The notes beneath the pieces were generated by a model. That model saw only the letters and a list, made by a program, of their open reading frames with translations. It did not search any database and had not been told where the DNA came from. Source: Octopus vulgaris (Eukaryota). From it: a DNA stretch of 64,000 nucleotides. Of the stretch, positions 52,561 to 64,000 are shown piece after piece. Numbering within the stretch: the stretch's first letter is position 1; the number at the start of each line of letters is the position of its first letter. The stretch covers positions 42,594,001 through 42,658,000 of the forward strand of contig OX597835.1 in NCBI GenBank assembly GCA_951406725.2. The letters are read 5' to 3'. A program made the position numbers and the translations under genes.

Positions 52561-52937
52561 ACAATATATATTATCCCATCAAAGGTGGCGAGCTGGCAGA
52601 AACGTTAGCGCGCCGGGCGAAATGCTTAGCGGTATTTCGTCTGTCGTTACGTTCTGGGTTCAAATTCCGCCGAGGTCGACTTTGCCTTTCATCCTTTCGG
52701 GGGTCGATAAATAAAGTACCAGTTTCGCACTGGGGTCGATGTATTCGACTTAATCCCTTTGTCTGACCTTGTTTGTCCCCTCTATGTTTAGCCCCTTGTA
52801 GTTAGTAAAGAAATAAATATATATTATCCTATCACTGAGTCCCTTTATTTATTGCTCTGTGTTTAGGACTTTAGCTGAATATATTATCCCATGTTTGGGT
52901 TCATTTGTTGTCCTAAATTTAGGTTCATATATTGTCC

Positions 52938-53576
52938 TTTTAAACTTCGTATACTGGTAGAATGTTTTTATAAAACATCATTTTTTCTTGGCTTTATTGA
53001 GAAAATTCTATATGTTGTAACATATTTCCTCTTCAAAATCGAGCATTTCGGCAATTTTAACCAATTGCTCACCTCAATTTGGGGTGAAAAGATTCTGTGC
53101 CGTATGAATATGTCCCTTGTTTAAGAAACAGATTGGGTTTATTTACATTTGCGAAAAAAAAAAGATACCCTTCCCCCAGGAAGATCGATACTAGGGCCAT
53201 AATTATGGGTGACATTTTCATTTGGCACCGCTAGAAAAAAATCTCATTTTCCGTAGCGGTGTCGTATGAAATTGTCACCCATAATTATAACCCTAGTATC
53301 GATCTATTGCATTTCAATCTATTTTAGGGTTAGGGGTGGGGGAAGGGTATCTTTTTTTCTTTGCAAATGTAAATAAACCCAATCTGTTTCTTAAACAAGG
53401 GACATATTCATACGGCACAGAATCTTTTCACCCCAAATGGAGGTGAGCGATTGGTTAAAATTGCTGAAATGCTCGATTTTAAAGTGGAAATATGTTACAA
53501 ACTATAGAATTTTCTCAATAAAGCCAAGAAAAATGACGTTTTATAAACACATTCTACCAGTATATGAAGTTTAAAA
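52938..53576. mobile_element. About 640-bp foldback DNA element with roughly 300-bp inverted arms
   Basis: ttttaaacttcgtatactggtagaatg... mirrors ...cattctaccagtatatgaagtttaaaa; pairing continues to a central loop near 53235-53252. Confidence 0.88.
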
Positions 53577-53959
53577 GTGTTTAGTTAACTAGAAATTGTG
53601 TTGACATCTGTCATTCAAAAGGAAAAGATCCAAATAATTTAGTGTCCTTTATCAACTTTGCTCTGTTTTCACATATTCTCCTATGTTTTGGTTTCACACA
53701 TTGTCCTGAGTTTGGATTTATGTGTTATCCAATATTTGTCTCACTGTATTATCTTTGCATACACAGTATTGTCAAGCGGTTAAGTAACATATTTGTTTCT
53801 TTGTCAAAGGCCCAGTTTCAATTCCACTGCGTGGTATCTTATACAAACCTAATTTTCTAATGTCTTACGCTGACCTATACTTGAAAGTGAAATTTGGTTG
53901 ACAGAAAGTATATGGAAGTCCTTTGTACGGATTTTACCAGTAATTTAAACTGGCCAGAC

Positions 53960-54445
53960 GTTAAAGTGATCTAAAATCTTCCATCAAATTAATTATAAAT
54001 TAATTTGTGTTTCAAATACCAGATTAATAATGACAAAGTTATATCACGACATTCTTCATTACTAGCAAAATTAATTAAAACAGAGGCAGTGAATTTTAGC
54101 AGAAATATGGTAACAAAAGGGTTAAAGTGATCTAAAATCTTCCATCAAATTAATTATAAATTAATTTGTGTTTCAAATACCAGATTAATAATGACAAAGT
54201 TATATCACGAAATTCTTCATTACTAGCAAAATTAATTAAAACAGAGGCAGTGAATTTTAGCAGAAATATGGTAACAAAAGGGTTAAAGTGATCTAAAATC
54301 TTCCATCAAAATTATAAATTAATTTGTGTTTCAAATACCAGATTAATAATGACAAAGTTATTTTACAAAATCCTTTATTACTTTGAAAATTTGTTGAAAC
54401 AAAGGCAGCATATTTCAACAGAAATATGAATACAAAAACGTTTAA
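53960..54445. repeat. Three tandem 161-bp units derived from a TTAA-MITE right half
   Basis: gttaaagtgatctaaaatcttccatcaaa starts at 53960, 54121 and 54282; the first two units end ggtaacaaaagggttaa. Confidence 0.9.
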
Positions 54446-54981
54446 TGTGGAACAATTTTGTTCTGACATTTATGTATTTACTATTAAATCATTACCAACT
54501 TTGTCTAAATCTCCCCTGTTTTCTCATATTCTTCGTTGTTTTGCTGTAATTTTGTTGAATCAAGTATTGTCAACTTGTCTCTGTCACCTTTGTCTTAGAA
54601 ACTTAATCCTCTCATTCTAAGAACGGTCAGTATTGTCATATTTAGTGCTGCACATTGTCTTTTAGTCCGCTTTGTAGTTTCTTTCAGTTGTTTTGTTTGT
54701 TTGATTTTTCATTTGTTTTGTTTCTTAGATATTTTATTGAATTATTTATTTGTTCTAAGTAAGAATTAATCTGATTTCTCCAAGGTATCTCTTCTCTCAA
54801 GATCTCCAACAAAATGTCTGAATCTTGTAAACATTAATATATAACTACTATATATGTGAATATATATTCATATATATATATATATGCGAGTGTGTATGAG
54901 CGTGTGTATCGTGTGTGTGTGTGTGTGTGTGTGTGTATGTTTTCAATTTTTGCGAGACCTTCAAGTGTGTGTGTGTGTGTG

Positions 54982-55055
<74 letters not shown>

Positions 55056-58000
55056 ATATATATAATTATTTTTAGTTATCTGGGGCCCATATGGATTGTG
55101 TACCCCTAAGCTGTAATTTGTTTGGTTTATCCCTAAATCTGGCACTACTCCTCAAGGAGCAGTTTGTTAGACTATCCATCATAGTAAACTAATTTACCAG
55201 TTCACCAATTTACCAATTTATTCTATTTTTGAAAAACATGTAAAATGACTCATCAAATGTCTTCTTTTAAACAATAAAAATATCAACTTTGCTTTTTATC
55301 CTATAAAGGTTGATAAAAAACAGTACTGTTTGAGAGCAGTGGCTTGGTAGATCATAATCATGACAGTTGACATGACTTGTGCTATCTGTCCTGGCTCTGC
55401 ATGTTCTAAGTTCAAATTCTGCTTTGTCACCAAATAACAGTAATTCTTCTGTTGGGAGTTGTGAACAATTCAGGTAATTTCAATGATTTGAAAGGCTAAA
55501 ACCAGCAGAAACAATTTTATTTGGTTTAACCCAAATACCAACTGCCACCAACTTGAAGAATGGGGTTGGCTGAAAGAATAGTGTGCCAGAAAACCAAGTG
55601 AGAAGGTCACTGGTTCAAACCTTATTACTAGTTGTGGATTCTGTCCTTGGTCAATACACTCAACTCTCAATGATCCAGTTAACCTCTCTGTAAATGTGTA
55701 TACTAAGGATATAAGGTAAAAACCCCCTTCAGTTATGAATGATCATGGGATTGCATCTAGAAAGTTCCCCCCCAAAGCACAAGTCCAAGATTGTTTATGG
55801 AAGACCAGCAGTCGCCCATACATACCGGCCTCCCTTCTCCACACCACTAACATTATCCAAGAGAAAGACAAAAGCTGATACAGCTTGGCACCGATAACAT
55901 CGCAATTCATTTCTACAGCTGAGTGAACTGCAGCAACGTGAAATAAAGTGTCTTGCTCAAGAAGACAACACACAGCCTGGTCTGGAATTGAACTCACTAC
56001 CTCATGATTGTGAGCCCGGTTCTCTAACCACTGAGCCAGTCGACTGTCACATGTAGAAGCAGGATGGAGTTGATTTCCTCTTGTAAGAGAATGCCATCTT
56101 TGATAAGTGTGTGTCCTATCCAGGGGGAGGTCTGTTTCGCATGAAGTCGCTTGCTAAAAAAGGAGAAAAGAGGTTTAAAACTTTGAGAAAAAATGTTTAA
56201 AAACGAGCAACAGAATTATACTAGATTCATAAAAAATATAAAAAATTCTTAGAGTCTGAGAAAATCAATGATGGCCTGTTGTTGACAAAATGATGCCATA
56301 AGAATCTGTAGAATGGAATACTCAAACAATAAGACACCTTGGAAACAATATATATATTAGATTTGTTGCCTTGGTAACAAATCATATCAGATTTGTTGCT
56401 TTGGTACCAGAATCCATCCTGTCTGCAGCCTTGGTAATAAAATTGATTAGAAATGCTGCTTTGGTAAGAAAATTATTGAGTCTGCTGTTGTCATGGTAGC
56501 AAAATTTATCCGATCCACTGCTGTAATGAATGAATCTTCTGCCAATGTTGGACTTAAATCTCTTAAGCAGTCCAACACCACCACCACCACCACCACCACC
56601 ACCTCACTCTTAACTTTTCTGTTACCATATTGCTGCTGAAATGCACTGCCTTTGTTGCAGTTAGTTCCAAAAGTAATGGAAAATTTTGTAGAATATCTTG
56701 GATTATTAAGCTTGTGTGTGGAACATAAACGAACATAAAATTTTGATGGAAGATTTTAATTTAGAATTATAATTTTAGTTTGAATTATAAAACCAGGGGC
56801 AGGCTCAAGCAGGTTGGTGCTAAAAGGGTTCGATCTTTTTGTTACCATTTTTCTGTTAAAATATGTTGCCTTTGTTTCAATAAATTTTTAAAATAATGAA
56901 GTGTTTTCGATAGAATATCTTGGATTATTAAGATGGTGCTTGGAACATAGATTAACAAAGGAAGCATATAATGCAGACTACTTTAAATAAGAATTTTGCA
57001 TCATAGAACCACAAGCAGTCTCTAGCAGAATGATGCCAAAATGGTTAAGTGATTTTAGCACAGTCCATTCAGTTACAAGCACCAGGTCTGAGAATGGTTC
57101 TCTCCTTCCTCCCAGTGGCATCAGGGAATTATGGATGTTGTCTAATCTTCATCAAAATAAATTATGAAAAGAAAAGAAGAGACATTAGATGGGAGGAATG
57201 AAGGACAAAGAATTAGTCAAAGAGAATATTTGGTTTAGAACCTTATATTGAAGTGCTTTAGTCTTCAGTTTTAACACAGTCGATGTCCATTTATCATCAT
57301 CACCATCGTTTGACTTCTGTTTTCCGTGCTAGCATGGGTTGGACGGTTCGACCGGGATCTGGGAAGCCAGAAGGCTGCACCAGGCCCCAGTCTGAACGGG
57401 CAGAGTTTCTACAGCCAGATGCCCTTTCTAACGCCAACCACTCCGTGAGTGTAGTGGGTGCTTTTTACATACCACTGGCACAGGTGCCAGGCGAGGCTGG
57501 CAACGGCCACGATCGGATTGGTGCTTTTTATGTGCCACCGGCACGGAAGCCAGTCAAGGCAGCACTAGCATCGGCCAAATTATAATTTATAATTACATAA
57601 AATTCTTTCAGTCATTGACAGCAGTTTCTTCATGAACAAAAATCAACATAAACGTCTTTGATTGGCAAAAACCGAAAGACCTTTCAATATTGGTACTATT
57701 AACATATGCACCATATGGTTGGAGCATAAGTTAACCCTTTAGAATTTAAACTGACCATATCTGGCTCAAATATTCTACCTGTTTTATATTGAAACTGGTC
57801 AGATTTGGTTCCTCACTCTTATCCTACAATGTCATTCTAAAAATAAACAATCGTGTCTTCTAAATCTTGATACTACAGGGTATTGCAGGATTAAATTCTA
57901 AAAAATATGGGTAAATAAGCATTATATTTGATCTGAATTAATCTGAATACTAAAGGGTTAAAGCATGTTTGGCCCAGATTGGAACCCAGTCATAGTAATG

Positions 58001-59358
58001 ATAATATCTGAAGATCATGCAAAAGGGTGGCACACCCTTAAATGGTTATGTCAACCGATTTTTGATGCTTCTGGGCTTTTCTTCTTGCCTGCACTTAGTA
58101 GTTTTAAGGTGAGAGTCAGTCTGTGAAATCCAATTCCACTTTAGACTTGAAGGTCTGACCACAGTGGCCCAGCAGGGCTTAGACAGCTGCCTTGACCAGC
58201 AAGTTGTAGGTTTTACATTCGAGTGTTCTTCATGATGAAATGCCTTACAGGGATACAGAGATCACCCTATCATGGAGTTGCTGAGAGGGTAGTAAAGAGG
58301 GTAGCAAAGTGGACACTGGGCTACCTAAGAGGCCCCACTTCTTGATTTGCTGTTACAGTTGACCCCCACTCTCTGGTTTTTTTCCCTTTCTTAAAGGTAC
58401 ACACAAGGCATTGAGGATTTGTGCTTAGACTTCCCATTACGTGCTTATTTAACTCATAGCTGGGTTTCTGGCTAGTGCTACCACCCCAGGTCAGGGTAGA
58501 TGTGAAAACAATAGTAGCTAAGAGCTGGTTCCACACTCCTAAAAACCTTGAAATTTCCAAACTAGGGCCCCAATACAATTTAAAGTAACACCAAAGTTTC
58601 AGTCATAAGTAAGCTATTAAATATCGATTTCAAATTTTGGCAAAAGGCCGGAAATTTTAGGGACAAGGTTAAGTCAGTTACATTGACCCCTAAGTTCAAC
58701 AGGTATTTATTTTATCAACCTCAAAAGGATGAAAGGCAAAGTAGACCTTGGTGGAATTTGAGTTTGTGTTTGTCCCCTGATCACTACTTGACAACCAGTG
58801 TTGGTGTGTTTACAAACTTAGCAGTTTGGCAAAAGAAACCAATAGAATAAGCATTAGGCTTGGTATGTAAAAAGCACCATCCGATCGTGGCCGATGCCAG
58901 CCACACTCCCACACCTTGACTGGCTCCTGTGCTGGTGGCATGTAAAAAGCACCATCCGAACATGGCCAATGCCAGTGCCCCCTGACTGGCTCTCGTGCCA
59001 GTGGCATGTAAAAAGCACCATCTGAACATGGCCGATGCTAGTGCCCCCTGACTGGCTCCCATGCCGGTGGCACGTAAAAATCACACTCTACACTCTTGGA
59101 GGGGTTGGCATTAGGAAGGGCATCCAGCTGTAGAAATATTACCAGATCAGATTGGAGCCTGGTGCAGCCTCCTGGCTTGCCAGTCCCCAGTCAAACCGTC
59201 CAACCCATGCCAGCATGGAAAACGGACGTTAAACGATGAGGATGATGATGATGACGTCCTAAGGTAGATTTGTGCAACTAAAACCTTCAAAGTGGTGCTC
59301 CAGCATGGCTGCAGTCAGACGACAGAAACAAGTAGAAGAATAAAAGAATACTTGTGTG

Positions 59359-59395
<37 letters not shown>

Positions 59396-60436
59396 CTCCT
59401 GTGCCAAAAAGTACTGTCACAAAAAACAGGCTGAGTATCTCTTCAACTATGCCAAATCATCCGAGCCCAAACAGCCCAACCCGATCCTCTTATTCCAATA
59501 AAAACTTACATGTTTACAGTTACAAATCGGGTCTTCTTTGATGAGGTGCAGACATGGCTGTGTGGTAGGAAGTCTGCTTCCCAACCACATGGTTCCAGTT
59601 TCAGTCCCACAGCACAGCACCTTGAGACAAACGTTTCTCTACTGTAGCCTATGGCCAACCAAAGCCTCATGAGTGCATTTGGTAAATGGAAACTGAAAGA
59701 AGCCTGTCATATATATGTATAAGTATATGTGTGTGTGTGTATGGCCTTTGGCGTTAGGAAGAGCATCCAGCTGTGGAAACTCTACCAGATCTGATTGGAG
59801 CCTGGTGCAGCCATTTGGCTCGCCAATCCTCAGTCAAATCATCCAAGTATGGAAAGTGCTAGCATGGAAAGCGGATGTTAAACGATGATGATGATGATGA
59901 TGTGTATGTATATATATATATATACATATATATACATACGTGCCTTTTTGTGGCTATAAGGGTCTTTGACTCTTGTTTCTAGCAATGTAGATGCTACCCC
60001 ACACCCTCACTCACTATTAATAATGATTGAAATTTTCTATTTTGGTTTTATATTGTCTAACCACCTTCATTATTATATATATATATATATATGGATGGAT
60101 AGATAGGCATACCACATACACACGTGTCTGTGTGTGTGAGTTTTTGTGTTTGTCTCTCACCACTGCTTGACAACCAGTGTTGGTTTGTTTGTGTCCCCAT
60201 AATCTCGTGGTTCAGCCAAGGAGACTGACAGAATAAGTGCTAGTCTTAAATGAAAAAAAAGTAAGTACTGAGGTCAGTTCCTTTGACCAAAAATTGTTCA
60301 AGGTGCTGCCCCAGCATGGCCGCAGTCTAATGACTGAAACAAATAAAAGAAAACAAAAAAACATTTTTCACTCTAATTTTCTCTAATTTCTCCAAATTCT
60401 TTAAATTTCTTCAAATTCTTCCTGCAAATGTCCAGC

Positions 60437-60724
60437 CAGTGTTTCTCAACCATTCTTTTTTTTATACTTACGGACTCCTTTGGTTCCTCATTGGCTCAGG
60501 TAGACTCTCCTCGCCATTCGATGTTTTAAAAAACCCAATTATATTTTTATAATTAAAAATTATTAGAAATCATATGAAAAAATAATTAAAATATTCTGTG
60601 TATTGTAGAAGCATAACCAATTTATTGCAGATGAAGTTAAATTAAAGAAAGGTCTTATATGGATCCCCAAGCATTATATGCCCCCCACCCCAAAGGCCAT
60701 ATGGACCCTGGTTGGGAATCACTG
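60437..60724. mobile_element. hAT/Charlie-like MITE
   Basis: TIRs cagtgtttctcaacc / ggttgggaatcactg; TSD not preserved. Confidence 0.6.
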
Positions 60725-61306
60725 CGCTAAACATCTTTTCTCAAATATTTCTTTCTTCTTTTGACTGCACTGCATGGCTTTTGCTGTTTTGTTTTTATTC
60801 AAATTTATATTTTTGAGGTGTTGAGTGAGGTGAGAAGACATATGTGTTTCTTAAACTTTGATAAGAAGGTAATCCTTACCGAAAATTTATTTATTCATTT
60901 ATTTGTTGATTAATTTGTATGTTTATTAATTACTTTTTCAAACTGACAAAGATAAACGATATACTCATTCCAGTAATATAACTAAGTAAATGAGAAGATT
61001 CACAGAGGTTTTAAGATTAGGATAATAATCAGAAATGTAGTGATGATAATGATGATGATGATGATGATGAAGATGATGATGATGATGACGATGATGAAGA
61101 TGATGATGGTGATGACAATGATGAAGATGATGATGGTGATGACAATGATGAAGATGATGATGGTGATGACGATGATGAAGATGATGATGGTGGTGACGAT
61201 GATAAATACAGTGATGACCCTGTTACTGTTGTGATGACAATAAGAGCGACACTGCTCCTGATAATGGTAATGATGATAAGGATAATAACGATGATGCTGA
61301 TAGTGG

Positions 61307-61343
<37 letters not shown>

Positions 61344-61717
61344 TCCCCAAAGTTAAGAACACAAGAATCAGAATAATAGCAATTTTCTTATTAAGCTAAA
61401 CAACAGATACATTTTTATACGATTTGATTTTTGCTTTCTTGATGATGTTGTAGTTGTCTGCTGTTTTGGTTTGTTTTAGGGAACACAATTCATAGAACGG
61501 AGTTGATTGCAATGAAGAATTATGATTCTGTCAGAGTACTGACCATTATTATTATTATTATTATTATCAAGTTTGTTCATTTTCTTTGACCATTGATGAT
61601 TGGTGTTGGTGTGTTTACATCCCTCCATAATTCAGCAGTTCAACAAAAGAGATTGATAGAATAAATACCAGCCTTAGAAATAGAACTGGGTCAATTTGTT
61701 TGATTAAAATTCTTCGA

Positions 61718-62136
61718 GGCAGCCTGTATTACATTTACTGTTAGCTGGAGAAGAGAGAAGAGGGAGAGAGAGTTGTTAGCTGAGGCTGAGCTGAGGGGTG
61801 GTGAGAGGTAGACTGTGGAAAGGGAAAGGGAAAGGGATAGAGAAGGTAGAAAAAGAGGGAGAGAGATAGAGAAAGGAGAGGTGGGGAGTGAGAGAGAGAG
61901 AAAGAAATGAGGAATGGAGAGAGGGAGAGAAGTGATGGATGGAGGGCAGGAGGGAAGGAAAGACAGAGAGGGAGGGAGGGAGAGAAAGAGAAGTGATGGA
62001 TGAAGCAAGGGAGCAAGAGAGGTAAGGAGAGTAAGGGAGAGGTAAAGTGCAAACAGGAAAGGAATATTATCAACATAAGGTGGTGCCCCAGCATGGCCAC
62101 AGTCTAATGACTGAAACAAGTAAAAGATAAAAGATA
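61718..62136 (-). repeat. Inverted duplicate of the Syt1 intron/C2A-exon junction (28791-29488)
   Basis: The reverse complement contains the SINE tail, CT tract, ctaac, ctccag acceptor and the first 27 nt of the exon (LTVNVIQAA). Confidence 0.93.
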
Positions 62137-64000
62137 TCATGTCTTTGGAATATTTTTAGAGATGTTTTGATGTCTGCTACTCCAAATAGAATTCAACGTA
62201 TGATGTATGAATAGAGGGGAGTATCTGATGTGGAAAATGTTATCTGGGAGCAGAAATATAACTGGCACTCCATCAGTTACAACGACGAGGGTTCCAGTTG
62301 ACCTGATCAACAGAAGAGCCTGCTCTTGAAATTAATGTGCAAATGGTTGAGTATTCCACAGACACGTGTACCCTTAATGTAGTTCTCAGGGAGATTCAGC
62401 ATGACACAGAATGCAACAAGGCTGGCCCTTATGAAATACAGGTACTACTCATTTTTGCCAGCTGAGTGGACTGGAGCAATGTGAAATAAAGTGTCTTGCT
62501 CAAGGACACAATGCACTGCCTGGAATTGAACTCATGACATTGCATCTTGAGCTGAATACTCTAATTTCTTTATTGGCCACAAGGGGCTAAACACAGAGGG
62601 GACAAACAAGGACAGACAAAGGTATTAAGTCGATTACATCGACCCCAGTGCACAACTGGTACTTAATTTATCGACCCCGAAAGGATGAAAGGCAAAGTCG
62701 ACCTCGGCGGAATTTGAACTCAGAACATAATGGCAGACGAAATATCGCTAAGTATTTCGCCCAGCGTGCTAATGTTTCTGCCAGCTTGCCACCTTTAGCT
62801 GAATACTCTAGCCACTAAGTTACATGCCTTCACAGCAGGAATATTAATAAGGAAGGAATTGTTCTGCTCCATACTTCAAACAGTTTGCATTTTCCATATG
62901 GAATGGGTTTTAGTATTTAAGCATTAAAAACTTATATAAAAATATCTTTGTTTTTTTAAAGCTCTCAAATATTTTATGAAATTTTAGCTCAAACTCTAGT
63001 TTAATCTTTTCGTTACCATATTTCGGTTGAGATGCTCAGTGTTTCTTTCAATTAATTTTAAATATATTTAGTAAAATATCTTTGTTATCATTAAGCTAGT
63101 GTTAGGAACATAAATTGTAACTAAGGTTTAATAGAAGATTTTGATTAAGAACTTTTGAAAACAAGACATTTGTACTACAGAGCTAGAGGCAGTTTCAGCC
63201 AGGTTGGTATCAAAAGGGTTAAAAATTGTTTCTCTATTATATATTTTAACCCTTTTGTTACAATATTTCAGTTGAGATGCCCAGAGCTTCTTTCAATTAT
63301 TTTAAATATAATAAAGAATTTAATAAAATAACTTAGTTATTATTAAGCTAGTGTTAAGAACATAAATTGTTTGGTGGAAGATTTTAATTACTCTTTTACT
63401 CTTTACTCTTTTACTTGTTTCAGTCATTTGACTGCGGCCATGCTGGAGCACCGCCTTTAGTCGAGCAAATCGACCCCGGGACTTATTCTTTGTCAGCCCA
63501 GTACTTATTCTATCGGTCTCTTTTGCCGAACCGCTAAGTGACGGGGACGTAAACACACCAGCATCGGTTGTCAAGCAATGCTAGGGGGACAAACACAGAC
63601 ACACAAACATATACACACACACTTATATACATATACATATATACGACAGGCTTCTTTCAGTTTCCGTCTACCAAATCCACTCACAAGGCATTGGTCGGCC
63701 CGAGGCTATAGTAGAAGACCCTTGCCCAAGGTGCCATGCAGTGGGACTGAACCCGGAACCATGTGGTTGGTTAGCAAGCTACTTACCACACAGCCACTCC
63801 TGTGCCTATGAACTTTTGAAAACAAAACATTTGAAGTACAGAGCCAGAGGTGGTTTTAGGCAGGTTGGTGTCAAAAAGGTTAAATAATGAGAGAATTCAT
63901 GAGGTGCAGACAGAACAGTGAGAATCTAAGCAATAATGTATCTATTCATTCTTAAAACATTCTGCCAGATTTAAATGTTTCATGGTTGTCAATGGATACG

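Noticed and set aside
61691-62140. Minus-strand ORF ending [12 protein letters not shown] as a second synaptotagmin gene
   Set aside because: Only 9 codons of exon are copied before it runs into SINE sequence; no other exons follow.
43000-64000. Search for the final C2B exon(s) (DYD..G / W..ML..PRRPIAQWH) or a third alternative exon
   Set aside because: No such coding sequence was recognised by eye; presumed downstream of the window.

Overview
AT-rich, repeat-dense eukaryotic DNA. The SINE families, huge (TA)n/(TACA)n tracts and the encoded protein point to a coleoid cephalopod, probably Octopus (inference). The window holds the middle of one + strand gene, synaptotagmin-1. Its exons here are TM (9261-9439), linker/C2A start (17977-18102), two C2A exons (29462-29629, 33233-33409), C2B start (33969-34086) and two tandem 134-nt copies of the C2B polylysine exon (41211-41344, 42846-42979). 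The two copies can only be used mutually exclusively. I found neither the N-terminal luminal exon(s) nor the last C2B exon(s), so they presumably lie outside the window. The rest is intron filled with SINEs, LINE fragments (CR1/L2-group, RTE, R4/Dong-like), MITEs, Penelope-like foldbacks and microsatellites. Main points for follow-up: (1) the mutually exclusive C2B pair and a candidate competing RNA-pairing switch in a structured island at 43.8-44.0 kb; (2) an inverted copy of the C2A splice acceptor 32 kb downstream; (3) three minimal hammerhead-like motifs, one with a G3-C8 compensatory core; (4) the VQ tandem acceptor and the likely I248V editing codon; (5) a 1551-bp duplication with a hybrid crossover junction; (6) a promoter-like CpG patch inside the intron. 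All pairings were worked out by eye. No folding program or database search was run, and literature references are from memory.
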